A DNA stretch of 64,000 bases from Octopus sinensis (GCF_006345805.1 NC_042999.1:23002001-23066000); one strand, 5' to 3'. Counted from the stretch's first letter, positions 13,156 through 26,482 are shown. The notes: generated by a model from the sequence alone, not told the origin. Program-made: numbers and translations.

Positions 13156-13524
13156 GCCTAAACATTTTGCCCGGCGTGCTAACGATTCTGCACGCTCTTC
13201 GCCTTATATTCTCTTGGATATTACCATGCAATTCTTCAAGCGAAACTTGAAATACCATATTATATCTTTCTTGTACGGTATTTATCATGCGTGTACGTGT
13301 GCGGTTACGTATGCGCGTATTTGTGTTGCGTGCACAATGCACTACTTAGGATAATTTCAAGTGTAAGGCATACTTATATAAGCGTATCCTTTTAACTTCG
13401 CTCGAACAGCAAGCAAAGTGGTCACCGAAAAATTAGATCGTTTTGATCTGTTTTTAATTGTGCTTGGCGTTCATGAGAGAGACAGAAAGAATAAACATGA
13501 AGAGAACAGAAATTTATAGTATTA

Positions 13525-13924
13525 CTAGCAGTATCGCCCGGCGTTTTTCGGGTTTGTAAGGGAAATAACTATATAAGCATTTTTAGAGAGTTATAGCCTA
13601 AAAATAGCAAAAAAAAATGCATTAAAAATGGAAAAAAAATGATGGTAAATTTTTTTTTAAATCGTTGACTCATCGTAGACATTTTTAGAGAGTTACTTCC
13701 CTTATATAATAGCGAAAAAATGCATTAAAATAGAAAAAAATGATGGTAATTTTTTTTTTAAATCGTAGACTCATCGTAGACGCGCGCTAATACCCAGAAG
13801 GGTTCGATATGAATCACGACTATAAGATACCCGGTTTTGGTTAAACTGCACCGCAAAATGTGGGAGTAGTTAGGAATCTAAATCATAGGAGACAGACACA
13901 CAACTTCACTTTTATATATAAAGA
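13525..13924 (-). mobile_element. Non-autonomous Helitron, family H1
   Basis: Minus strand A|TCTTTATATATAAAAG ... CCCG-N-CCGGG hairpin ... CTAG|T; no TSD; close copy at 51213-51605. Confidence 0.85.
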
Positions 13925-14006
13925 TATAAAGAAACTCAGACTATGTTAAAATAAATTATACCCCAGAACACACGCACACACACACACACACACCACACAC
14001 ACACAC

Positions 14007-14063
<57 letters not shown>

Positions 14064-14369
14064 TACACACACACACACACACACACGTTTTCGCCTGGTG
14101 TAGCTTAGACGATGGTCATTCTTTTACATTTATATAATTCTAAAGAAAGAAATTCAATACAAATATTCATTAGAAATTTTTGAAACAGAAGAAATATTCT
14201 TTGAACTATTTTCAGAAACGGATTCTAAATCAATATTGGGGTGAAAATAAAACTACAGAAATGCAGATTTTAACAAGAATTAAAGAATATAAAACTTTTA
14301 TTCCGTTAGGTGATCAGAATATAATGAATAAAATGCAAAACATCTTAACTGCCAACATTCAGATATATC

Positions 14370-14822
14370 TCTTTTACTCTTTTACTTGTTTCAGTCATTT
14401 GATTGTAGCCATGCTGGAGCACCACTTTTAGTCGAGCAAATCGACCCCAGGACTTATTCTTTGTAAGCCTAGTAATTATTCTATCGGTCTCTTTTGCCGA
14501 ACAGCTAAGTTACGGGGACGTAAACACACCAGCATCGGTTGTCAAGCGATGTTGGGGGGACAAGCACAGACATACAAACACGCAAGCATACACACACACA
14601 CACACACACCACACACACACACACACACAAACAAACACACACACGCACACACACACACACACACACATACACACACATATATATATATATACATATATAC
14701 GACGGGCTTCTTTCAGTTTCCGTCTACCAAATCCACTCACAAGGCTTTGGTCAGCCCAATGCTATAGTAGAAGACACTTGCCCAAGGTGCCACGCAACCT
14801 ACTTACCACACAGCCACTCCTG
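14370..14822 (-). mobile_element. S4 SINE
   Basis: S4 homology; followed by (CTA/CTG)n. Confidence 0.85.
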
Positions 14823-14858
14823 CTGCTACTACCTATACTACAACTGCTGCTGCTGGTT

Positions 14859-14895
<37 letters not shown>

Positions 14896-14912
14896 AACTG
14901 CTGCTGCTGCTG

Positions 14913-14945
<33 letters not shown>

Positions 14946-15319
14946 TACGTTGTGAGTTTGAATGCCACCGAGGTCAACTTTGCCTTTCATGTTTTGGGAA
15001 TCGCTAAAATACTGTATATAACATTGGCAGTTTAGGAATGGAGAGAAAGAGAAAACATTTCTGGTGGTTACGTACAGAGTAATAGTCGTTTCCAGGAGAA
15101 TTCTATCTTCCGAAAATTACTTAAAGTATCCAATAGTTTCAACTAATTTAATAGACATCAGCCGTATTGCCGTTTAAGGCTATAGCCAACGTTTGATGGT
15201 GATTCTAAGTTGCACTTGAAATGAATTCATCTCTTAATAGTTCTGAATACCGTTCCTGCTAAAAAGACAAGTAATATAACGTTGCGACGATACCTAACCA
15301 GAGCGCCATCTATTAGACA

Positions 15320-15630
15320 TTTCTACTACAGGCACGGGACTTGAAATTTTAGAAGGAAGGGGCTCGGCGATTATATTGACCCCAGTGCACAACTGGTAGT
15401 TATTTTATCGATCTCCGAAAGGATGACAGGCAAAGTCGACTTCGTCGGAATTTAAACTCAGAACGTAAAGACGGCAAAATACCGCTAAGCATTTTTGCCC
15501 GGCGCGCTAATGATTCTTTATCACTCTAGGGCACAAGGCCCGAAATTTTAGGGGAGGGGACCAGTCGATTAAATCGATCCCCGTACGCAACTGGTACTAA
15601 TTTATCGACCCCGAAGGATGAAAGGCACTA
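15320..15630 (-). mobile_element. S1 SINE copies (one near complete, one fragment)
   Basis: S1 core. Confidence 0.75.
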
Positions 15631-15747
15631 ATCATTCTGTATGTATGTATGTATGTAATGTGTGTGTGTGTGTGTGTATGTGTGTGTGTGTGTGTTGTAT
15701 AGATGTATATATATATATATGATCGTAAGATATGTGATTTCGATTCC

Positions 15748-15936
15748 TGGACCAAACATGAACAAGAGAAAACACAACCATGCGAGGACGTGGAACAAGT
15801 CTACGTGCTTATTGGACGCTCAGGAAATGAAGAAAGAGAGGGATTAACGTGCCGAGTGGGGCTTCGTCGTCAGAAACATATATAATAGGATAATATCCAA
15901 GGAAGGGAAGACTGGAGAAAGAAAAAATCCGCTAAT
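15748..15936 (-). mobile_element. Penelope-type terminal repeat fragment, homolog of 30415-30596
   Basis: Reverse-complement similarity to 30415-30596, including a decayed CTGACGA motif. Confidence 0.6.
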
Positions 15937-17014
15937 ACTCACAATGCAGGATCGTCTCCTCACTCTCTCTCTCTCTCTCTCTCATCACACACACAAAACA
16001 CACACACCAGATTATAGATTTAGATATATACATATAGGATATTATAGATATATATTAATATATCTATACATACACACACATACATATATATTGTAATTAT
16101 TTGTATTGTCTTTTGTGAAAAAAGTAATGGAATAAGTACTAGGCTTAAAACAGAAGTGCTGGGTCGATTCATTCGAATCTATTTCAAAGCTACCCCAGCA
16201 TGGCCGCAGTCTAATGACTGAAACACTTAAAAGATAAAAGACACACACAACACACACACATCACAGGTTTCCAGTTTTCGTCAATTAAATTCACCACTGC
16301 TCGGTCCGGGGCTGTCGTAGAAAGTAGTTTTACAGCCTACGGTACTGCGCAGTGAGACTGAACCCAAAACCACGTATTTACAAAGCGAGCTTCTTAACCA
16401 CATAAAATACCAATTTTTACCTCCACTATCCATACTTCATTATAACGTTGCTGTCGAATAATATTCTTCAAATAATTTAAACACAAAACATAACTATGAA
16501 AGATTTAGTATAGAATTATGTATAAAGCTTGGTATGGCGTTTATAGCAGACGTTCAGTTTTGATTATTTATTAGAAATCATCGTGGCGCACAGAAAAATA
16601 TAAACAAACCTTTATTCAATAAATGACAATGAAAAGAAAATAATTTCTTTCCGTTTTGTTTTGTTTTATCATTCATATTTTCTCATATGAATTATATTTT
16701 TAATTTACAATTTTTGCGCCAGATGTTTTCAACCGACATTCAAAACGAACTTTGATAAACGACATTTGCATTTTCGTTTCCACATTAAATATTTATAAGA
16801 AACAAAAAGATGTAATATTTAAATAATTCGATAATAGAAGAGCAACTAAAAGAAGAAGAAGAAGAATATTAAATTCATACATAATAGATGTATTTATCAA
16901 ACAAACAAAAATATAATGTTAACTATCGATCTTTCACCAAAAATATATATTCCATCATATAAACGTTTTGTTTTGATACATTCTTTCACAAAAGACAAAA
17001 CAAATAACTACAAA

Positions 17015-17067
17015 TATATATATATGGTGTATATATATATATATATGTATGTATGTATATATGTATG

Positions 17068-17149
<82 letters not shown>

Positions 17150-17166
17150 ATATATATACATACATA

Positions 17167-17208
<42 letters not shown>

Positions 17209-17673
17209 TATGTCTGTATTATAATAAATATATATATATATATATATATGCAAATACATCATTAATCTTTAATTAATTAACGAATTCACCGTTCATATGA
17301 CATCATGTGAATTCCCATGATTTACCTATTTCAAAACAAAATTAATCTGTTATTAAAATTCAAGAAATAAATTAACTGAGAAGATATTGAAAATGTATTT
17401 CATTAAATTGGGTTTGTTTTATTGTTTTTGTTTTATTGTTTTTGTCTTTGTTTTTTGTTGTAATTTTTACTTCCTTCTGTTTTTCTTTCTATTGTGATTT
17501 CATTTGTTGAGAGAAAATGTTTGGTTTTACAAATTAAATCCGTACTTTAAGAAGAAAACGCCATATACAATATGTGTGTTTGTGTGTGTGTATGTATAAA
17601 TATGTATACATACATATATATATATATATATATGCATACATTTATGTATAAATATGTATATATACAGGCATAC

Positions 17674-17712
<39 letters not shown>

Positions 17713-17934
17713 GCATATATATATGTATATAAATCATTACATATGTACATACATGCATATACATATATATACATGTGTACATAAATATGTGTGTGTATGA
17801 TAATGTATATATATATATATATGCATATATGTATATATATTTATATACACATACAAACATATATACATGCATACATACATATATACATATATACATGCAT
17901 ACATATATACATATATACATACATACATTCATAC

Positions 17935-17965
<31 letters not shown>

Positions 17966-18007
17966 CATACATACATACATACATACATACATACATACAT
18001 ACATACA

Positions 18008-18043
<36 letters not shown>

Positions 18044-18050
18044 TACAAAG
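17015..18050. repeat. (TA)n and (TACA)n microsatellite blocks
   Basis: Direct inspection. Confidence 0.9.
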
Positions 18051-18664
18051 ACAAGCACGCATATTTGTATATGAGGGAACTATTCAATACTAAAAGGCGA
18101 ACAAAGTACAACCATCCCTGAACAAAATAAAAGAAAGCAAGTGGAAGGCAAACAGGTGTTGTTATGATATAATTAATATCGTCTATTGATTAATTTTCAA
18201 ATTAGTTATAAAGGAAGTATTACATAAACTAGCATTAAGTCGAAGAATGTACATGTGACAAAAGCCTAATATGAAGAATCCCAGCCTACTTCTTTCGAAA
18301 ACCGATAAGTTAGCACCACGTGCATGTAAAACAGTGAAAATCAAAACAATGGTGTGCATATTGATTCTTAATACGTCAGACATCAGCACGAATAAGCGAA
18401 TTATGTATTTGTTGAATTCTATAAACAGGAAGCATTATTCTTCTTTTTAAATTCATTAATCCAGTGGCGGCTTTCACTGAAGGGACAAAACTAAATCAAA
18501 ACACAGGTGTCTCAAAGTCCCTTTACGTCAATAAATCGAATGTGGTGTCAACAGATATTGTCTGAAAGGGAAAGGTGCTCTCAGAAGGCGAACTACAAAA
18601 TGTGATTTACATATTCATGCTCAAATCTGGTGAAATGTATTAAGAATGAATATATAAGAGCGAC

Positions 18665-18834
18665 TATGTGGTAACTTGTTTACCAGCCACATGGTTCCAG
18701 GTTCAGTCCCACTGCATGGTACCTTGGGCAAGTGCCTTCTACTATAGCCTCAGGCAGACCAAAGCCTTGTGAGTGGATTTGGTAGACGGAAACTGAAAGA
18801 AGCCCGTCGTATATATATGTGTGTGTGTGTGTGT

Positions 18835-18866
<32 letters not shown>

Positions 18867-19078
18867 TGTTACTGTGTTTGTTTGTCTCCCCACCATCGCT
18901 TGACAACCGATGTTGGTGTGTTTACGTCCCCGTAACCTAGCGGTTCTGCAAAAGAGACCGATACAATAAGTACTAAGGCTTACAAAGAATACGTCTCGAG
19001 GTCGATTTGCTCGACTAAAATGCGGTGCTCCAGCATGGCCGCGGTCAAAGGACTGAAACAAATAAAAGAACAAAAGAA
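18665..19078 (+). mobile_element. S4 SINE
   Basis: S4 homology. Confidence 0.85.
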
Positions 19079-19921
19079 TATATACGCTATCGTTTTGATT
19101 TTCGCTGTTTTTGCGTGCACACGATGATTATCTATAAATAATGTTTCCTGCAAATATAAGAAGACACGACGTCATTAAACTACAGTTTCAATCTTACGAC
19201 AACTTCAGAAATAACACAAGCATTACTTGAGTACGTATTTGTATTTACTAAGCTGTAACTTTGTTGCTTATTTGTATGTATGTGATGCATATACACGCAC
19301 TGTGTATGTTTTGTAATGCTTATTCATGAGTGATAACATGGTAAAATATAGAAAAACACCGAGGATTCAATGCTGTTGTTTGGCGTATATTTGTGTATTA
19401 AACTGTATAATAGATTATTTATGCTTCCATTATTGCACAATTTCTCCGTTATGAATAATTCAAACAATATGCGGTGCACTATCTTAATTCATAACGGTGA
19501 AACTGTGCAGTAACTGAAGCATGGCTAACATTATATATTTTAAAATGCAAGCATGCGTGCGTGAATACATACATACACACACATAAACACACACACAAAC
19601 ACACACACACATACAGACACAGCTATCCGCAACAGCAAATTACTTTGCCAAGATCTATGACGATAAAAAGCGACAATGATAACGACAGCGGAAGATTTTA
19701 TGTTAACGACAACGAGATCAAGATAATAACGATGTTATCGATGACGATGATGATGACGATGATGATGATGATGATGATGATGATGGTTATGATGATGATG
19801 ATGATGATGATGATGATGGTGATGATGATGTCGGAAGGTCAAACAGAAACATTGAAGTATAATATATACATATATTGTTGTATTTTGGAATGGTCATTTT
19901 GCCAGTTTAGCCAACATATTG

Positions 19922-20150
19922 AAGGCGGCGAGCTGGCAGACACGTTAGCGCGCCGGGCGAAATGCTTAGCGGTATTTCGTCTGTCGTTACGTTCTGAGTT
20001 CAAATTCCGCCGAGGTCAACTTTGCCTTTCATCCTTTCGGGGTCGATTAAATAAAGTACCAGTTTCGCACTGGGGTCGATATAATCGACTCAATCCCTTC
20101 GTCTGTCTTTGTTTGTCCCCTCTATGTTTAGCCCCTTCTGGGCAGTAAAG

Positions 20151-20152
<2 letters not shown>
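19922..20152 (+). mobile_element. S1 SINE, full length
   Basis: AAGGCGGCGAGCTGGCAGA start, GAGTTCAAATTCC B box, AAAGAAAT end. Confidence 0.9.
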
Positions 20153-20213
<61 letters not shown>

Positions 20214-20279
20214 GAGAGAGGAGAGAGGAGAGAGAGAGAGAGGTTGTGAGATAGATAGATAGATAGATAGAAGATAGAT

Positions 20280-20313
<34 letters not shown>

Positions 20314-20433
20314 CATACATATATAAATTGTTATTAATCCAAACAAGTGGAAACATAGAATAAATGAAGCTGAAAATGTACAGAACGTATATTAGAAATA
20401 ATTAGAATTTAATTATATTTCAAAATATAGGAA

Positions 20434-20472
20434 TACACTTTACTGGATTCACATTAGATCCTCAAAAGTGTA
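20434..20472 (-). ncRNA. Degenerate minimal hammerhead-like motif
   Basis: Minus strand: TACACTT TTGAGGA tctaatgt GAAT CCA GTA AAGTGTA; perfect 7-bp stem I, two core substitutions. Confidence 0.5.
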
Positions 20473-20889
20473 TAATATATGGAGATGTGCCACGAATTAT
20501 GTCTATTCTGGTTGTTGTTATAAAAAGTAGCTCCTATATAAAGTAGTAATGTGGTTCAGGTCGCTATCCGTTAACGTACAAATTGATTGGTCAACGTTCA
20601 TGTATTAAGCATATATAGCGGTCACGTGAGAAGGTCACATAAAAGCTTTTCTCCACTGAATATGTCATATGACAGTTAGAAAAGAGAGATATGAATAAAG
20701 GATATAATAAGTGTATATATAAAAGGGTTATAGATAACTATTGCCTTTACTCTGTCGAAGAATAGCGTTATCAATTTGAGCTAATTTCTTACCATTGAAT
20801 AATGCTAGGTAATATATATGGTTAAATATAAGTGTGTGTGTTTATATACGTACATAAAACTAAAATATATTATATGATTACAATATAAC

Positions 20890-20927
<38 letters not shown>

Positions 20928-20931
<4 letters not shown>

Positions 20932-21560
20932 TACTTGGAGAAGAGAAATAGAGAAATAACGCGTGCGTTCGGTCATATAATAATATAATAAATAAATAAA
21001 ATATATGCATTAAGTAAAATTCTTTTGCAGAGGGGTAAAACAAGTGACAAGAACGGGACGTAAAAGCAATACAAATGAAGAAAAAACAGTAGAAAAAACA
21101 GTACAAATAAAGAAACAGGACAGGGAAGGGCTACTAAAGCCGATTTTTCACATGCGTTCTAACTAATTTTTCCACCGTCTAGGCCTAAAAAAAGCCCTTA
21201 TTGTTGGTTCCCTGTCCTGTTTCTTTTACGTCCTGTTCTTGTCACTTGTTTTACCCCTCTGCAAAAGAATTTTACTTAATTCCTTTTGCAGGAAGGATTG
21301 TTTCGGGCTGGCCGTGTTCTGCCCTTACCTTCGAAACACGCATTGAGTCGAACCAGGGGCAGATGATGAAGGAGAATTTTCCTGTATGTTTGTCCTGACT
21401 CTGTTTTTCGTTGTTTAAAACAGTCGGTTCCTTGATTTTATGTTTTGGTTTCTCGTTGTGTTCTACGTTTATTTGTGGTGTCCTTACTCATATTTATATC
21501 TATATATATGCATGTATATTACATGTAGATGTAAGTATGTACAGTAAATGTATGTATATG
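20928..21560 (+). mobile_element. TA-flanked repeat with inverted 5' duplication; homolog at 44270-44760 on the minus strand
   Basis: 21009-21127 is inverted relative to 21208-21280; shared CCTTCGAAAC...TGATGA motif. Confidence 0.6.
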
Positions 21561-21615
21561 CATATATTGTATTGATTATTATATTATATATATACATATA
21601 TGTATTATATATATA

Positions 21616-21685
<70 letters not shown>

Positions 21686-21753
21686 AATATATATATACAT
21701 ATGTATGTATGTATGTATGTGTGTATGTAGTATGTATGTATGTATGTATGTAT

Positions 21754-22315
21754 TTTTTATTTCTCTTTCCATTTCAGAAATACAACAATTAGTGGTTTGG
21801 ACTTTAGCTGCTCTTTCTAGTGAGTCAGATGTCCTATTATGGCCATCCCTTATATGTTTGAATGTATATTACATAGTCTATTGACTATTTTTCTTTCTCA
21901 CTTGACGGCTAGTAGCGGAGAATTTCTCTTGAATTTTTTGCTACCCTAAAATTTATTAATTAAGGATTTTTTGGCTAATTTTGAAATTAAATCGGCAGTT
22001 TATATTTACTGCTGAGAAAACCGCGCGAGTGTGGTGGATTTTGAACAGTTATAGCATATAGACTCGAGGCATGGTTATTATCACCTCGTGACTATATGGT
22101 AGTCCTTTGCTTTCTGCTGAAGAGGCAATGCCAGTTGTAAATAAATTATTTTATTTACAAAAGATTGCCGAAACTATGCATTGTCCAGAAAGGAGAGGGT
22201 AAACGTTTTTATTTCTCTTTCCATTTCAGAATTACAACTATTAGTGGTTTGGAGTTTAGCTGCTCTTTCTAGTGAGTCAGATGTCCTATTATGGCCATCC
22301 CTTATATGTTTGAAA

Positions 22316-22320
<5 letters not shown>
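21754..22320 (+). mobile_element. Partial tandem unit (period 452 bp) carrying a hammerhead; retrozyme or Penelope pseudo-LTR-like
   Basis: 115-bp direct repeats at 21754-21868 and 22206-22320; microsatellite on both sides; homologous fragment at 5583-5695. Confidence 0.75.
22110..22192 (+). ncRNA. Type I hammerhead ribozyme with intact core, predicted cleavage after GUC at 22185
   Basis: Stem I CTTTCTG/CAGAAAG; CTGAAGA; stem II GGCAAT/ATTGCC with an 11-bp distal hairpin; GAAA; stem III AC-tATGCATt-GT; GTC. Confidence 0.85.
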
Positions 22321-22357
<37 letters not shown>

Positions 22358-22468
22358 CACACTTACGAGTATATATATAGTTGAAATTTACGGAAGAACA
22401 AAAGACGAAGTCACGTGTATAAACAACAAGCAGGTGTGTTAGTTTGACGCTTGGAATCGTAAGAATGT

Positions 22469-22504
22469 CTTTTACGTTTCGAGCCTACGCTCTTCAACAG
22501 AAAG
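22469..22504 (-). ncRNA. Variant ultra-minimal hammerhead-like motif within repeat 22385-22565
   Basis: Minus strand: CTTT CTGTTGA A GAGC gtag GCTC GAAA C GTA AAAG. Confidence 0.55.
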
Positions 22505-22827
22505 GAACACGATGAAATAAACAGAGAGAGAGAATAAAAAATCTTGTGGATTTAGCGATCAATCATATATCACATGGAATAATGCGGGTAAGAAAAATAA
22601 TATTCTTAAGATTATAAACCTGGACAATTACATGAAAAGTTATTACACTTGGAAAAGTTTAGAACAACTTATTATATGTGGTAAAGTACGGAACAAGAAA
22701 ATTTTTACTTAAAATATTGTAGCTAAGGATAAAATTTGAATATTAAAACTTATTTGATTTTAATCTACAAAGTAACATTATAATTTTTTTTAAAAGTACC
22801 ATCATTTTGTTAAAATGGAGGAAGGAA

Positions 22828-23141
22828 GGAGCACTCCGTCGGTTACGACGACGAGGGTCCCAGCTGATACGATCAACGGAACAGCTTGCTCGTGAAATTA
22901 ATGTGCAAGTGGCTAAGCACTCCACAGACACGTGTACCCTTAACGTACTTCTCAGGGAGATTCAACGTGACAAGGCTGGCCCTTTGAAATACAGGTACAA
23001 CTAATTTTTGCCAGCTGAGCGGACTGGAGCAACGTGAAATAAAGTGTCTTGTTCAAGGACACAACGCATCGCTGGAAATTGAACTCACGACGTTACGGTC
23101 GTGAACCGAATGTCCTAACCACTAAGCTATGCGCCTTCACT
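22828..23141 (-). mobile_element. S3-headed SINE with tail type i
   Basis: S3-like head joined to the tail seen at 410-520. Confidence 0.8.
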
Positions 23142-23787
23142 GCTTGTTAAAATATCAACACACGAGAATACTTTAAAAATGACAACCAGAAGTACCAATA
23201 AGCGAAAGTTTTATGGAAAGCAGAATAGTATATATGGTAAGTAAATTTATTATGTAAAAAATAGGCTTTGGGTCAGCCCTGGGAACAGTGAGTAAAAATC
23301 TTGAGAAGTACGTGGGACAAATAGGGGCTGCAATAAGGGTGGAGCACTTGCAGAAAACAGCACTGATTGGAACCGCTCGAATACTCCGGATGGTGCTCGA
23401 AAAATAAGGAGTGTTACCTTAGTTCGCCGATAGTGACAGCTGTCACCGTTGTACATCTCTAGGATATGAAGACTTGGCAATAACTTAGGCAATAACGCAA
23501 GCAAATGTTAGCGTGAATTTTTTGTTATAGGTAGATTTTACTGTAATAACTGATGTTTGTATTATTTTATTCATTGTACTAATTATGTACTACTATTAAT
23601 TTTATAGCTTGTTTTCAAATTTCTAATAATTAATTATTAATTAAAGAAATGATTTTTTAAGTACAAAAAAATTTTTGAGTTATTTTAAATTTTTATAGAA
23701 GTAACAAGTAATAACAAATAAAATAACTTGTAATATATTTTTTTAGTTTTAATAAAAGCTAATATTTTCTAAATCTAAATATTTTAT

Positions 23788-24245
23788 TTGAGCAGTTCCA
23801 AGTTGAATGTTGCTGAAGATTTCAAGTACTTAGGTGGTTGGGTGAGCAATTCGGAAGGAGACACCAAGATCAGGAAGGCACAAGCATGGACAACCTGTCA
23901 CAAACTAAAGAAGGTCTGGAGCTCCAAATTACCCAGGCAAATCAAAGTGAAGCTGTTCATTGCAACCCTCGAATCAGTGCTATTACACGGCAGTGAGAAA
24001 TAGACACTGACAAAGGAATTATCAAACAGGCTAAATGGATGCTACACAAGGCTGCTACGAACGGCTCTAAATGTGAAATTGTAACAATATATAACAAATA
24101 GAGACCTGCCGAAAGTTAGTGAGATCAGGCAAAGACGGCTGCGACTATCTGGTCACTGCGTGCGCCACCCTGAACTGGAAGCATCCAAATTAGTCTCGTG
24201 GAATCCACTTCATTGTGATGTAAGAAGAGGAAGACACTCTTGATT
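23788..24245 (+). pseudogene. RTE-clade LINE RT thumb and C-terminal fragment
   Basis: DFKYLG, VLLHGSEK*TLT (LLYGxETWTLT), LNGCYTRLLR, RRLRLSGHCVR. Confidence 0.85.
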
Positions 24246-24431
24246 GCTGACATTAGCCTAGAATGTGACGGGTGGACTTTGTAGTTGAGGGCCGGGTTGA
24301 AACCTTGTAATAATAATAATAATATAATAATAATAATAATAATAATAACAACAACAACAACAACAACAACAATTATAATAATAATAATAATAATAATAAT
24401 AACAGCAACAACAACAACAACAATAATAATC

Positions 24432-24643
24432 CTTTCTATTATAAGCACAAGGGTTGAAGTTTTGGGGGAGGAGTAGTCGATTACATTGACCCCATAATTT
24501 CACTGGTACTCAATTTATCGACCCTGAAAAGATGAAAGGCAAAGTCGATCTCGGCAGAATTTAAACCCAGAACATAGAGACAAGCGAGATACCGCTAAGC
24601 ATTTCGTCCAGCGTGCTAACGATTCTGCCATCTCGCTGCCTTA
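24432..24643 (-). mobile_element. S1 SINE
   Basis: S1 core. Confidence 0.8.
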
Positions 24644-24646
24644 AAC

Positions 24647-24686
<40 letters not shown>

Positions 24687-24690
<4 letters not shown>

Positions 24691-25173
24691 GCTCTGATGC
24701 AGTACCAGGCAGTGGCTCTTATGGCTGCTGATCTTAACTGATTGGAAGTGTTATCATGTACATTGTTTTGTCCTGGTATAAAAGATGGGCTACAGCAAAT
24801 ATTCTGCTCAATACCACAGATTTGCTTGTCAGTTGTTTGACCTTAACCAGTTGAGCATGTCCCTTAGTGGCTGATGATATGTGCATCTCTGATCACGAGC
24901 AGAAGTAGAGGTTTGGATAATTCACCTTTGGAAACATGGGCGCTTTGTTCAATATCCTTAAACAACCCTTTTTCAGAGACCTTTTGAACGGAATGGGTTA
25001 CTCGACCAGAAGAAAATTCTGTTTATCTTGATATGAGATCACCATGTCGCGCACATATGGTTGTGATACATGTGCCTAGTGTACCCTTATCATACGGGTA
25101 GTCATGATGGGTATACTGAGTTTCGTATATTCTACCCCAGTATCACTTTGATGGCATACACTGCTCCCTCACT
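24687..25173 (+). mobile_element. Non-coding element embedded in (AAT)n; same family as 38609-39166
   Basis: End-to-end similarity to 38609-39166 with internal deletions; AAT/GAT repeats on both flanks. Confidence 0.8.
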
Positions 25174-25174
25174 A

Positions 25175-25229
25175 AATGATGATGATGATGATGATGATGA
25201 TGATAATAATAATAATAATAATAATAATA

Positions 25230-25279
<50 letters not shown>

Positions 25280-25332
25280 TATAATAATAATAATAATAAT
25301 ATAATAATATAATAATAATAATGATAATAATG

Positions 25333-25375
<43 letters not shown>

Positions 25376-25946
25376 ATACAGGAATTTATATTCAGTTCTC
25401 AGAATGCAAAAACGCAAAGAAAAACAGTCACAGAAATAGGAACCAAAAACAAAAACAACTATAGTTATGATAATAAAGCAAACAATATGAAAGGAAATAT
25501 AACAACAAAAAAAGCTGAAAAATTCAATAATAATGTGATTAATTATAAGTTCAAGAAACAGCTTTTTTTATTTTGAGGTGGCTGTGACGAAGTCGTCGTC
25601 GTTGTTTGCGCCGCCGCCGTTGTCGTCAACGTTGTCGTCGTCGTCGTCATCACCACTACAACCACCGCCAAAAACATCATCGTCATCATCATCATCATCA
25701 TCATCGTCATCATCATCCTCATCGTTGTTGTCGTCGTCGTTTTCTTCTTCTTCTTCTTCTTCTCCTTCTTCTTCTCCTTCTTCTTCTTCTTCTCCTTCTT
25801 CTTCTTCTTCTTCTTCTTCTTCTTCTTCTTCTTCTTCTTTATATTGTTTTAATCTCTTGGTAATGTTTTCCTAATCCTAGGTTAGATGGGTAGATCTCTT
25901 TCCCTTCCATAATTGGAACCAAAAATATAAATAAAGGTAATAATGA

Positions 25947-25987
<41 letters not shown>

Positions 25988-26330
25988 ACAATAACAACAA
26001 CAACAATAATAATAATAATAATAAGAAGAAGAAGAATGATAATGAAGGTAGCGGTGGTGGTGGTGTTGGTGGTGTTGGTGGTGGTGGTGGTGGTGGTGGT
26101 GATGATGATGATGATGACGATGATGATGGTGGTGGTGTTGGTGGTGTTGGTGGTGGTGGTGGTGGTGATGATGATGATGATGATGATGATGATGGTGATG
26201 GTGATGGTGATGGTGGTGGTGGTGGTGGTGGTGGTGATGATGATGATGATGATGATGATGGTGATGGTGATGGTGGTGGTGGTGGTGGTGATGGTGATGG
26301 TGGTGGTGGTGATTAATAACGATGATGATA
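25175..26330. repeat. Series of trinucleotide microsatellites (AAT, TCG, TCA, TCT, GTA, GGT, GAT)
   Basis: Direct inspection. Confidence 0.9.
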
Positions 26331-26432
26331 GAAGAAGTAAAAAGAGATGAATTCGAAATAATTAACGTAGCTGAATTTCTTTGTGTGCCTGTATGAGAGT
26401 GAGTGTGCCTCTGGGTGTGTGTGCGTGCGTGC

Positions 26433-26482
<50 letters not shown>

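Noticed and set aside
19561-20148. 195-aa ORF
   Set aside because: Composite of CA repeat, GAT repeat and an S1 SINE
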